Shown here: piece after piece, positions 1 through 8,539 of the stretch | Numbering within the stretch: position 1 is the first letter of the stretch | How the letters are laid out: each line of letters begins with the position of its first letter | From: Clostridia bacterium | Lineage (GTDB): Bacteria; Bacillota; Clostridia; Oscillospirales; CAG-272 | Direction of reading: 5' to 3' | NCBI GenBank assembly: GCA_017456145.1 | Contig: JAFTJZ010000034.1 | Coordinates: forward strand, 2,412-66,411 | Length of the DNA: 64,000 nt | Notes under the pieces: generated by a model | Told to the model about the DNA's origin: nothing | The model's database searches: none | What the model saw: only the letters and a program-made list of their open reading frames with translations | Translations under genes and position numbers: made by a program

Positions 1-487
1 TGATGAAAAATTTCTGATTGATCACCATTACCGCTGCGGCAAGTATCATTTCCACCAGCGCGATGATGGTCGGGTTTTCATGAAGGAATGCCGGCAGGGG
101 CGCGCCCCACATGACACCGCCCATCGCTATATACATCAGAAGTGCAAGTATAATCAAGGATGATATCAACCGATATCGCAGATTTTTTTCTTCCGCCCTC
201 ATACCTGTCGTCTCGCTCGCCGTTTTTTCTTCGGCAGCGCGCGCGTTGTTTGGGTCATCGGTAGCATTCTGCGTGATTTTTACTTTTTCTCTGGCACCGT
301 ATCCTGCTTTTTCTACCGCAGAAATTATTTCTTCAGCCGATACGTTGCCTTCTACCTGCATGGAATTTGTCAAAAGACTGACGCTGCAGCTTGTCACGCC
401 GGCAAGACTTCCCACCGACTTTTCGACGCGTGCCGAGCAAGCCGCACAGCTCATTCCCGTCACCTCAAATTGTTGCATGATAATCAC
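1..487 (-). CDS. Heavy-metal (Cu-type) translocating P-type ATPase, N-terminal part; gene continues beyond the left window edge
   Basis: Absent from the ORF track because it has no in-window stop. Reverse translation from GTG 487 / ATG 478 gives (M)IIMQQFEVTGMSCAACSARVEKSVGSLAGVTSCSVSLLTNSMQVEGNVSAEEIISAVEKAGYGA, an HMA domain with the GMxCxxC motif, followed by hydrophobic helices (LISSLIILALLMYIAMGG; IIALVEMILAAAVMVINQKF). GGAG lies 5 nt before GTG 487. ORF 111..509(+) is its antisense shadow. Confidence 0.8.
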   Translation of the reverse strand, partial: MIIMQQFEVTGMSCAACSARVEKSVGSLAGVTSCSVSLLTNSMQVEGNVSAEEIISAVEKAGYGAREKVKITQNATDDPNNARAAEEKTASETTGMRAEEKNLRYRLISSLIILALLMYIAMGGVMWGAPLPAFLHENPTIIALVEMILAAAVMVINQKFFI

Positions 488-523
488 ATCAACTCCTTTT
501 TCGAGTTAGCCATTGCTACCTAT

Positions 524-552
524 ATTTTATCACGATTTTCTGCGATTGTCAA
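524..552 (-). promoter_or_regulatory. Sigma-70 type promoter for the P-type ATPase gene
   Basis: Reverse strand reads TTGACA (552..547), a 17-nt spacer, then TAAAAT (529..524). Confidence 0.6.
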
Positions 553-582
553 GTCTATTTTATCATTCCCCCTCTCTAAGTG

Positions 583-612
583 AAAAAACCCCCACACCCG
601 TAGGTGTGGGGG
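583..612 (-). terminator. Intrinsic terminator 3' of the giant lipoprotein gene (bidirectional hairpin)
   Basis: CCCCCACACC-cgta-GGTGTGGGGG stem-loop at 589..612, with an A-run on the plus strand that reads as a T-run on the minus strand. It lies about 40 nt downstream of the stop at 653. Confidence 0.75.
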
Positions 613-652
613 AAAATCTTATTTAACGGTTAGGTTAAATGGAGTTTTATTA

Positions 653-3600
653 TTAGTACATAGATGCAGTCTTAACACTGCCGTCTGCCTTCTTCTCTAC
701 TGCGTTTCTGTTAACCTGACGGTCGAAGTCGATCATCGCGGTACCAGTTGCATAGTAGGGAGCAGCACCAGTATAAGGAGCAACAGGCTGAATCAGGTTC
801 TCCCAACCCTCAGCGCCGTCAACCTTCACGGTCTTGCCATAGGACTTAACATCCTTAACAAACTCACCGTAGGTATCCTTATCACCAGACTTGATGAGAG
901 CATAATAGGTAGAATCAGATGCGATAACATCATTCAGGATACCAATATAGGTCTCAAGGTAATCAGCCTCAGCGATAACACCACGGTTGTTCATGTACTC
1001 AACGATGGTGATCTGCTCGAGGTGTGTGTTCCAGATCTTCAGCAGCTCGTTCAGGTCAGTGTAGTTGGTAGCAGCCAGATTGTAGGACATGTAAGAGAAG
1101 TACAGAACTTCCTTAGCTTCCTTCAGGTAGTCGTTGAACTTATACTTAACAGCCTTGTCAGCCATGGTTGCGATTGCATCGTCGTGAACCTTCTCTGCAG
1201 CTGCAACAGCGGCGGTAGCAACGGGCTTGATCTCGGTGCCGACAATCTTATCAGAGTCAGCAACGACAATAGCGTTCAGAGCGTCAACAACTGCACCGTT
1301 ACCAGCCTTATCGACAGAGTAACCAACGTGCGTGGTACCGCTCATAACCTTGCTGTAAACGAAACCGTAAGCAGCATCGGTGTCCTTCTTAGCGTCGTTG
1401 TAACCGGTGACATACTTCTTCAGGATGTCCTCGATTGCATCAGACTTGGTGCCCTCGTTGAAGTAAACAGCCAGACCGTTGGTGTAAACACCCTCGGTAG
1501 CGGTAACGTTGCTGTAGATATCGTTCAGGATAGCGTCCTTGATCTCAGCATAGATATATCTATACATGATCTCATCGAGGTTAGCCTTAGCGACCTTCAG
1601 CTCTTCGTCAAATGCCTTCTGAACCTCAACACCGGTAGCCTTCTTTGCATCAACGGTAGCACCGAGGATGGCCATACGAGGACCAACGGTAGCAGCAGAA
1701 AGCTCAATCTGCATCAACTTAGCGTTTGCAGAGATAACTGCGAGAACGTCAGAAGTAACGGTCTCATAGCTAATGGTAGTACCGCTCAGAGTAGGAACAT
1801 AAGCGACACCGTTGTTATTGTAGTACTGAGCAATGCCCTTATAGGTGTGCTTAGGACCGATCTCCCAAGTATAGTCACCACCATTGTAGTAAGCAGCCAG
1901 GAAACCATCCGTCCAAACAGTGGTCTCAGTCGTGTTGATCAGAGAGAGGGCTTTAGCAGCAGCATCGTTTGCAGCAACATAGTCAGCAGGAACTGCATTT
2001 GCCTCAACAGCAGACTGAACAGCGATGGTGTAGTCGTTGAGCATGATGCTCAGAACTTCCAGAGCCTTCAGCTGATACTTATCGAACAGCAGATCGTATG
2101 CCTTCTCAACCATCTGAGCATACAGAGGATACTTGGTGATGCCGGCATTGGAGTTACCATTGATATCTTCTGCATAGTCGATAGCGACGGTAACATCGGT
2201 CAGCCAAGGAGCAGTCTTCCAAGTAGCGGGAACCTTAACGGAGTTGCTATCCTCGGTCTCCTCGCACATATAAGCGACGAGCTTGGAGAGATAGTCAGCG
2301 TCGGACAGCAGCTTGTTGTCCTTATCTACGCCGATCTTGCGCAGGAATGTTTCGAACAGATCGTTAGCAGCCTTGTTAGCAGCCTCTGCATTTGCAAGCA
2401 TCTCGATGATTGCAGCATAGGTGTTAGCAAGAGTGGAAACAGCCTTAGCGGACTCGGGAGTAACCAGATTCAGAACGGTAACGAGCGTACCGGTTGCGCC
2501 GAAGTCAGCAAGGTCAACAGCGATGGTAGGATCGTTGTACTCACCGTCGTAGTAACCAACCATCTTATAGGTCTTTGCGGGATCATTGTATGCGAAAACA
2601 TCGCCGGAGGTAGCAACTGCAGTGTCAATACCAATGGTGTGCTTCACGAAAGTAACATTCTCCCAAGTAGAGGGGAAGTCAGCACTATCGTTGGTGCTGT
2701 AGGTTGCACCGTATGCGCCGTCGTTCTTGTAGGTACCAGCCTTAACAATCTCGGTCTTAACGGTCTTATTTGCATCGCCCTTTACAGTATAGGTGTAAAC
2801 AGACCAGATATCATCGGTGTCGAAGTAGAAATCTACGCAGCCGGTAGCGTACTCGATCAGCATCTCATCGAGATCTTCCTGAATAGCGGTGAAGGCAGCG
2901 CGGTCAGCAGCGGTAACAACCTGAGCAACAACGTTCTTCTCTGCGCGGTTCTCACCATGGTAGTTAGCCTTGGCAGCGTCCTTTGCATACTTCTCACCGT
3001 CATCGTCATTCTTGTTATCCTTATCGCCGTTGTAGTTGAACACGTCAACAACTTCGCCCAGCTCATAGAGTCTGATTCTGATGTCCTTCAGCTGATCCTC
3101 GAGGGACTTAACAGCAGTAGCCTCTTTGATGCCACCGGCAATTGCATCCAGCTCGGTCAGGTTGGGAGCACGCAGGATCATGATACCCAGAGCAGCCATA
3201 GAAGCGTCTGCGGTATCGCCGTCATAATCACCGTAAACACCATTGGTGTCCTTGGGGAAGATAACCAGACCGGACAGGCTGTTGATCAGCTCTTTGTTAG
3301 CCTGAGTAAAGGTATTGTTCTGTGCACGAGTCAGCAGATCATCAGCGTCAGCCAGAACCTGGATAACAGCCTCGGTAGCGTCGTTCCAATCGTCGAGGTT
3401 CATAGCTTTGTCCATAGCGGTCATCATAGCCTGAATCTCAGCAGCGGTGAACTCACCGAAATAGCCCTCGAGAACAGCAGCGATACGCTCGTCGATCTCG
3501 TCAGCAGTGAGGTACTTCTCCAGAGTCTTGTCGATCATCTTCTGAACCTCGGAAGAGGACATAGTGTCGAGATCCTCAAGAGCAGCAGCAACCTGCTTTT

Positions 3601-4003
3601 CGATGTCGTAAGATGCCATAGCATTCTTAACAACCTTCTCAACGTCAGCGTCGGTAACGTAGTCAGCGAGCTTGTCGGACAGAGCCTTCAGGTCAGCGGA
3701 CTTCGCATAAGCAGCCAGATCGTCGGTAGTAGCGCAACCCTTGATAGAGTCGGCAACGATGGACTTAACCTTGTCTTCGGTAATGGCATCTGCACTCTTC
3801 AGATAAGGTGCAAGTGCCTCCGCAATTTTCGCAGCAACTTCTTCTTCCGTCGTAGCTGCGTCTGCAGTATTCTGCGCGTTTTCTGCTGCCGTGCGTGCTT
3901 CCTCATCGGTACAGCCGGTCAAGCAAACGGAGAACACCATCAGAGCTGCCAGCGTCAGAGCGAGAAGCTTGACAAAGCTGCGCTTTTTGTTGTTTGTAAG
4001 CAT
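653..4003 (-). CDS. Very large secreted lipoprotein (1116 aa), function unknown
   Basis: ORF 653..4222 trimmed to ATG 4003 (ttttatGGAGGcaaatcATG). The N-terminus MLTNNKKRSFVKLLALTLAALMVFSVCLTGC is a signal peptide plus an LTGC lipobox. The protein is Ala/Asp/Thr/Tyr-rich and I recognise no domain. Codon usage is strongly biased, with no TTA/CTA/TCA for about 1000 codons. Confidence 0.85.
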   Translation of the reverse strand: MLTNNKKRSFVKLLALTLAALMVFSVCLTGCTDEEARTAAENAQNTADAATTEEEVAAKIAEALAPYLKSADAITEDKVKSIVADSIKGCATTDDLAAYAKSADLKALSDKLADYVTDADVEKVVKNAMASYDIEKQVAAALEDLDTMSSSEVQKMIDKTLEKYLTADEIDERIAAVLEGYFGEFTAAEIQAMMTAMDKAMNLDDWNDATEAVIQVLADADDLLTRAQNNTFTQANKELINSLSGLVIFPKDTNGVYGDYDGDTADASMAALGIMILRAPNLTELDAIAGGIKEATAVKSLEDQLKDIRIRLYELGEVVDVFNYNGDKDNKNDDDGEKYAKDAAKANYHGENRAEKNVVAQVVTAADRAAFTAIQEDLDEMLIEYATGCVDFYFDTDDIWSVYTYTVKGDANKTVKTEIVKAGTYKNDGAYGATYSTNDSADFPSTWENVTFVKHTIGIDTAVATSGDVFAYNDPAKTYKMVGYYDGEYNDPTIAVDLADFGATGTLVTVLNLVTPESAKAVSTLANTYAAIIEMLANAEAANKAANDLFETFLRKIGVDKDNKLLSDADYLSKLVAYMCEETEDSNSVKVPATWKTAPWLTDVTVAIDYAEDINGNSNAGITKYPLYAQMVEKAYDLLFDKYQLKALEVLSIMLNDYTIAVQSAVEANAVPADYVAANDAAAKALSLINTTETTVWTDGFLAAYYNGGDYTWEIGPKHTYKGIAQYYNNNGVAYVPTLSGTTISYETVTSDVLAVISANAKLMQIELSAATVGPRMAILGATVDAKKATGVEVQKAFDEELKVAKANLDEIMYRYIYAEIKDAILNDIYSNVTATEGVYTNGLAVYFNEGTKSDAIEDILKKYVTGYNDAKKDTDAAYGFVYSKVMSGTTHVGYSVDKAGNGAVVDALNAIVVADSDKIVGTEIKPVATAAVAAAEKVHDDAIATMADKAVKYKFNDYLKEAKEVLYFSYMSYNLAATNYTDLNELLKIWNTHLEQITIVEYMNNRGVIAEADYLETYIGILNDVIASDSTYYALIKSGDKDTYGEFVKDVKSYGKTVKVDGAEGWENLIQPVAPYTGAAPYYATGTAMIDFDRQVNRNAVEKKADGSVKTASMY

Positions 4004-4239
4004 GATTTGCCTCCATAAAATAAGATTTGTGCTAACATTGTACACCATCTTGAGAAATATTTCATCGTTTTTCGATGAACGGGCGAAAAACGGCATCAAC
4101 GGGCATGACTCACCGCATAACTGCCCTAAAACAGGGCAATCGGAGCCATACCGGATACCAATTCGTTTTCGCACGCGGAAGAGTGCGGGGAAGTATGCGC
4201 CGCGTTGCGAGCCACTGCGCACATTCGCGTTCTCTGCAG

Positions 4240-4962
4240 TTACGGATCCCTCCGCTTGACGCCGGCGTACGCCTCAAACACCGCTTTGACCTCGGTGTAT
4301 CGGTTTTTTGCCACCGCCACGGTGTCTCCGTTGATCATCCTGAACTGGCAGCGCTCGATACCGACCGCGTGCCGAAGATTCACGATAAAGCTGCGATGAG
4401 AACGATAGAAATCCTGCGATGTGAGCAAGTTGCAAGCCTCTGCCAGTGTACCCGCGCACAAAACGACACCGCGCAAGCAGTGTACGTCCAGCTCGGATCC
4501 GAACACCTCTATGTAGAGAATGTCGTCCACGCTGATCAGATGCTCACCACCGTCAATCCCTTTTAGCACAATCGAAGGCTTTTGACGGTACTTGTCTGCC
4601 ACATGGCGGAACACATCTCTCAGCTTTTTTCTGTCAACCGGCTTGAGCAGATATCCTACGGGATACACGCTGTACGCTGCGAGAGCACTGTCGGCCTCAC
4701 TCGAACAGAAGACAACGTCCGTCTCCTCATCGGTCAGCCGCAGGCGTCGTACAAAGTCGATCCCACTGATACCACCAACCCGCGTTTCAAGAAAAAGCAG
4801 CTGATAGACACATTCGCTCATTGCCTTTTGCAACTGCTTAAAGCCGCGAAAGACGTCGATCACGTATTCCTCGCCCGGAAGTTCATCCGCCAAGGCACGC
4901 AACGCCTCCGCAAGCTCGCTCGCCTGTGGTTGCATTTCATCGCAAATCGCTATCCTGAACAT
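4240..4962 (-). CDS. LytTR-family response regulator with atypical receiver domain
   Basis: N-terminal REC-like fold (MFRIAICDE..., LLFLETRVGGISGIDF, VVFCSS, GYLLKPV) and a C-terminal LytTR DNA-binding domain (ISVDDILYIEVFG...FYRSHRSFIVNL). No kinase gene is adjacent. Confidence 0.85.
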   Translation of the reverse strand: MFRIAICDEMQPQASELAEALRALADELPGEEYVIDVFRGFKQLQKAMSECVYQLLFLETRVGGISGIDFVRRLRLTDEETDVVFCSSEADSALAAYSVYPVGYLLKPVDRKKLRDVFRHVADKYRQKPSIVLKGIDGGEHLISVDDILYIEVFGSELDVHCLRGVVLCAGTLAEACNLLTSQDFYRSHRSFIVNLRHAVGIERCQFRMINGDTVAVAKNRYTEVKAVFEAYAGVKRRDP

Positions 4963-5002
4963 TCTTTCCTCTCAAATCACGATTTCCATGGTGCTTACCC
5001 GT

Positions 5003-5031
5003 ATTATATCATATAAATGAAAATTTTGCAA
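5003..5031 (-). promoter_or_regulatory. Sigma-70 type promoter for the LytTR regulator gene
   Basis: Reverse strand reads TTGCAA, a 17-nt spacer, then TATAAT, about 40 nt upstream of ATG 4962. Confidence 0.6.
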
Positions 5032-5086
5032 TATCCTTTTGAAAAATTTTTCTTGGAAAAGCATAGATTTTTTAACTTTTTTTCTT

Positions 5087-6526
5087 TTAGGGGGAGAATT
5101 TCGGCATCCCGGGGAATTTTTTCTGATTTTCCGGGAGAAACATTCCTTCCTCTTTGGCGTCAAGTGCCCGATCGATCAGCAGCTCCAACCGATTATATTC
5201 GGGATATTCCAGCACGAGACTCAGAAGAAACGAGAGCGCCGCGCCGATCTCCGCGCCGCGAAAGCCAAAGCGGACGAGCGTTTTTCCATCGATATCGAGT
5301 CCCTCCGTCGAGATGCAATCGCCCCGTGCGGCGATTTCCTCGCAGCGCGTCATGGCTCGGCGATAAGACGCAGGGAGGGCATCGGCCGATATCGTCTGTC
5401 CCCCCCCTCCCTTTCGAGCAAGAGACCGGCAGTGCGTATCATCCATGGCGCAGACACCGCCAAGCAGCAGCACACGCGCCGTCAGATCGCGGTAGTGGGC
5501 CATCATACGCCGCAGCGCAGCATCATTTTGCGGGCAAAGCGCATAGGAGCCGTCAAGATAAGCCGCCGTCTGTCGCGTCACGGCATTGGAAAGTCGCAGT
5601 GCACTGCAGCTGACGTGCGCAAGCTCGGCGGGAGCCGATTCGGGATTCTCCTTCCTATATATATCACACGGCGTACGCATCAGCTGTGCCATCCGCAGCG
5701 GTGCGTCGGGGGGCAGCAGGGTGGCGCGCGCGATATCGGCGGGGGACGGCGCGCAGGGGAGGTGCGGCAAAACGTACTGCCACAGCTGTGCCTCCTCGAT
5801 CAGTGTCAATCCGTTGCCAAGGGGCATCGGGCTCTCCAGCATACGCATCCATTCCGCGGCACAGCGCTCACGGGAGATCTTGGACAAGCGATCGCCAAGG
5901 GCCGAGAGCGCGGCGCGCGTCCTTGGCTCGACAGTAAAGCCCAGCTGCACGGAAAAGCGGATACAGCGTAAAATCCGCAGCGCATCCTCCTCAAAGCGGC
6001 GGTAAGGATCGCCGACGCAGCGCAGCACACCCGCAGCAAGATCCTCCTGCCCGCCGTAAAGGTCCACCAGCTCGGCATCTCTGCCGATCTCCACGGTCAG
6101 CGCGACATCGCAAGCGAAGTCGGGCAATGCAGCGGCAGGCAGACGGCAGGCCATGGCGTTGACGGTAAAGTCGCGGCGGGCAAGATCATCGGCGATGCGG
6201 TCGGTGAAAAGGACACTGTCGGGGTGTCTGCCGTCGGTATAGCTCCCATCAAGACGATAGGTGGTACATTCGATGGGCTCCCCGTCGGCAAGGGCGGTCA
6301 CCGTTCCATGCTTGAGTCCCGTTTCAATGGTACGCAGACCTGCGCGGGAAAAGATCTCCAGCATTTTTGCGGGAGTGGCGGCGGTGGTGACATCCATATC
6401 GTGCGGCGTTTGCCCGCGCATGGCGTCACGCAAGCAACCGCCGACAATATAGGCGGGATACCCGTTTTGTTCCAGCGCATGGAGCACCCGCAGCGCGGCG
6501 GGCGAGATGGTGATGGTAGTGGACAT
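5087..6526 (-). CDS. cca: CCA-adding tRNA nucleotidyltransferase
   Basis: ORF 5087..6559 trimmed to ATG 6526 (GGAAAGGAGcccctATG). It carries the poly(A) polymerase/CCA family motifs YIVGGCLRDAMRG and HDMDVTT. Confidence 0.9.
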   Translation of the reverse strand: MSTTITISPAALRVLHALEQNGYPAYIVGGCLRDAMRGQTPHDMDVTTAATPAKMLEIFSRAGLRTIETGLKHGTVTALADGEPIECTTYRLDGSYTDGRHPDSVLFTDRIADDLARRDFTVNAMACRLPAAALPDFACDVALTVEIGRDAELVDLYGGQEDLAAGVLRCVGDPYRRFEEDALRILRCIRFSVQLGFTVEPRTRAALSALGDRLSKISRERCAAEWMRMLESPMPLGNGLTLIEEAQLWQYVLPHLPCAPSPADIARATLLPPDAPLRMAQLMRTPCDIYRKENPESAPAELAHVSCSALRLSNAVTRQTAAYLDGSYALCPQNDAALRRMMAHYRDLTARVLLLGGVCAMDDTHCRSLARKGGGGQTISADALPASYRRAMTRCEEIAARGDCISTEGLDIDGKTLVRFGFRGAEIGAALSFLLSLVLEYPEYNRLELLIDRALDAKEEGMFLPENQKKFPGMPKFSP

Positions 6527-6593
6527 AGGGGCTCCTTTCCGGAGGATGTAATCAATCATGAGCAGTAAAAGCTCGGGGTATTCTTATTTTACT

Positions 6594-6622
6594 ATTTTAC
6601 GATATTGTGCGGCGATTGTCAA
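6594..6622 (-). promoter_or_regulatory. Sigma-70 type promoter for cca
   Basis: Reverse strand reads TTGACA (6622..6617), a 17-nt spacer, then TAAAAT (6599..6594). Confidence 0.6.
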
Positions 6623-6627
6623 GAGTG

Positions 6628-6840
6628 TCAGGCAAAAAAATCGTTGACGGTGCACTGCAGCAGCGCAGCCAGCACGGGGAGCAAGGTAATATCGGGATAA
6701 CATTCCTCCCGCTCCCACTTGGAAATGGCCTGTGGCGAGACGCCGCACAGCTCGCCGAACCGCTGCTGGGAATATCCACGCGCGGCGCGATAATGCTTGA
6801 TCTTCTCGGAAATGATGATTTTACCACTCGGCATCGGCAT
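6628..6840 (-). CDS. XRE-family HTH transcriptional regulator (70 aa)
   Basis: The motif SEKIKHYRAARGYSQQRFGELCGVSPQAISKWEREECYPD is a Cro/C1-type HTH. Confidence 0.85.
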   Translation of the reverse strand: MPMPSGKIIISEKIKHYRAARGYSQQRFGELCGVSPQAISKWEREECYPDITLLPVLAALLQCTVNDFFA

Positions 6841-6863
6841 ACGGCTCCTTTCTTTTCCTTACA

Positions 6864-7418
6864 TTATATACTATCTTTTTGCGCGGGGGCAATTTTTCGG
6901 TAAGTTTCTCTCTCTCGGCTCAAAAGTCCGCAGCCGATCATTTCCCGCCGAATGGTACAATGATCCTCATGATACCGGTGAATGATGTCGTTGACCTCGG
7001 TCTCGTCGTAGTCACGCCCCGACTCAAAGTCCTTGGCAATCTCGCAGAGCACGATCTCCCGCTTTTTGCGCTGGGTAGGCAGCTGTGTCAGCCTGCCGTA
7101 TTTGAAAAAGTGCGAAAGGACTTCCTTTCTGTATTTTTCCTCACTGTCCATGACGGGCTTTTCTTTTTTGATGCATTCATAAAGCGGCTTATTGAAAAGC
7201 TCGCGGTTGAGCGAATAGATCATGTAAAACTGTGAGCGCGAGCAGTTGACCACACCTGCCGCCTCCAGCTTTTTGAGATGGTAACAGATGGTCGCGGGAG
7301 TGAGCGACAGGTCGCAGGCGATTTTCTCTACATATGAGTCCTCACGCAGGAGAATGTTGAGAATATTCAACCGCGTTTCGTCGGCAAGCAGCTTGAGTAG
7401 CTCTAATTTTTGCTTCAT
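6864..7418 (-). CDS. ArsR-type winged-helix regulator fused to a DUF2087-like C-terminal domain
   Basis: ORF 6864..7514 trimmed to MKQKLELLKLLADETRLNILNILL...ATICYHLKKLEAAGVV (ArsR HTH). The C-terminus ...ETEVNDIIHRYHEDHCTIRREMI is DUF2087-like. The ATG overlaps the stop of the upstream gene (ATGA at 7415..7418). Confidence 0.8.
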   Translation of the reverse strand: MKQKLELLKLLADETRLNILNILLREDSYVEKIACDLSLTPATICYHLKKLEAAGVVNCSRSQFYMIYSLNRELFNKPLYECIKKEKPVMDSEEKYRKEVLSHFFKYGRLTQLPTQRKKREIVLCEIAKDFESGRDYDETEVNDIIHRYHEDHCTIRREMIGCGLLSRERETYRKIAPAQKDSI

Positions 7419-7900
7419 TCGTCCGCTTCCCCCCTCTTTTCCCAGGCTGCTACCAGCGCAGCACGAGCAAAACGATAGCCGGCAAGCCGTTCTTCCAGCT
7501 CCACACGCTCCCAATCATTTGCCATAGCGAATCTTTTCTCATGCTCGGCAATCAAAAGGTCCGTAAAAGCCAAAAAGCCCAAGTACAGACCATATTCGGG
7601 CTGTTTATCTTTTGGAGCGTGTTCATATTGCTCGACCAAGTCCGCCCGTGCGAGCAGCGCTTGCTCTACATCCGAAATCAGATAATGCGTTTCGCATAGA
7701 CGCTCCCGCAGCCGATACGAGTGCATCAATCTGGCTTGAACGTTACTCACCGCGGCATAGCGATACTTTGCGCACTTATATTCCGCGATCTTCTGTTTTT
7801 TCTCGGAAGGATTTTTGTCCAAAGCATCGGTGAACAGACAAATCCGTCGGCACTCCTCACGCATGGCTTCGTAAGCCAACGTATAAAATGAATTGTTCAT
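7415..7900 (-). CDS. Hypothetical helical protein (161 aa)
   Basis: ORF 7415..7960 trimmed to MNNSFYTLAYEAM... The start overlaps the upstream stop (ATGA at 7897..7900) and the stop overlaps the downstream ATG. I recognise no family. Confidence 0.6.
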   Translation of the reverse strand: MNNSFYTLAYEAMREECRRICLFTDALDKNPSEKKQKIAEYKCAKYRYAAVSNVQARLMHSYRLRERLCETHYLISDVEQALLARADLVEQYEHAPKDKQPEYGLYLGFLAFTDLLIAEHEKRFAMANDWERVELEERLAGYRFARAALVAAWEKRGEADE

Positions 7901-8391
7901 TCCGTCACCTCCGTTTTGAGTTCTGCCCAAAGCCCCATTTCTGCGCGGGCACCGCGCCAAGCCGACACCACATCGTGTAAAACTTCATATTTCATCTTAG
8001 CTTTGAATATCAGATTCTGATCTCCGCTCGCCTTTGCGGCATCACGCTCTTTTTGATACATTTCAAGAAAACCTGAACTCATCCATATTTCGGGATAGAG
8101 CGCGACCTCCAAGATCGCCTTTTGCTCCTCGCTCAAAGTTGCGTGATACGCCGCAAGCTGTGGGAAATGGCAAACGAAATTGGGAAAACGCCGGTGTATG
8201 GTCTTGGCGGGATCGGGCATACAGGCGCACAAGCCCGCCTGCAGGCAGACGTTGTAAATACCGCGCTGCATTTGCAGTACGCCGCGCTCGGTTGCGTTTT
8301 CCTTACCCAGCGCGCCCATCTTTTCCAAGCACGCCGCATCCTTTTCACGTACCACACGGCACAGCGCCTCATGTATCATTTGTTCGGTCAT
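7897..8391 (-). CDS. Hypothetical protein (164 aa), first gene of a translationally coupled operon
   Basis: ORF in the track. A consensus promoter lies about 50 nt upstream. I recognise no family. Confidence 0.6.
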   Translation of the reverse strand: MTEQMIHEALCRVVREKDAACLEKMGALGKENATERGVLQMQRGIYNVCLQAGLCACMPDPAKTIHRRFPNFVCHFPQLAAYHATLSEEQKAILEVALYPEIWMSSGFLEMYQKERDAAKASGDQNLIFKAKMKYEVLHDVVSAWRGARAEMGLWAELKTEVTE

Positions 8392-8414
8392 ATTGATCTA
8401 CCTTCTTTCTTGAT

Positions 8415-8436
8415 CAGTGTAAAATCGCTTACACTG
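8415..8436. promoter_or_regulatory. Inverted repeat (candidate operator) in the leader of the 8391 operon
   Basis: CAGTGTAA-N6-TTACACTG with perfect 8-bp arms. It sits immediately downstream of the -10 box. Confidence 0.45.
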
Positions 8437-8438
8437 AT

Positions 8439-8467
8439 ATTATACACATCTAATCACTTTTTGTCAA
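8439..8467 (-). promoter_or_regulatory. Consensus sigma-70 promoter of the 8391..6864 operon
   Basis: Reverse strand reads TTGACA (8467..8462), a 17-nt spacer, then TATAAT (8444..8439). Confidence 0.7.
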
Positions 8468-8515
8468 GAGGTAATTCGACAATCATCTAATCATTCTACC
8501 AATGGTAGAGAAAAG

Positions 8516-8532
8516 TCCCGCACGAGGCGGGG
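8516..8532 (-). terminator. Hairpin terminator 3' of the AraC-family gene
   Basis: CCCGC-acgag-GCGGG stem. On the minus strand it is followed by ACTTTTCTC. The same 17-mer hairpin recurs at 18548..18566. Confidence 0.5.
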
Positions 8533-8539
8533 CAAACTA

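Noticed and set aside
111-509. 132-aa plus-strand ORF at the left edge
   Set aside because: The opposite strand encodes an HMA domain (GMSCAACSARVE) and the first TM helices of a P-type ATPase. The plus-strand ORF is its shadow.
1022-4018. 998-aa plus-strand ORF
   Set aside because: It is a codon-aligned antisense shadow of the lipoprotein gene 653..4003. The translation is low-complexity (V/L/S/G/N-rich), it has no SD, and the minus-strand product has a signal peptide, lipobox, SD and terminator.
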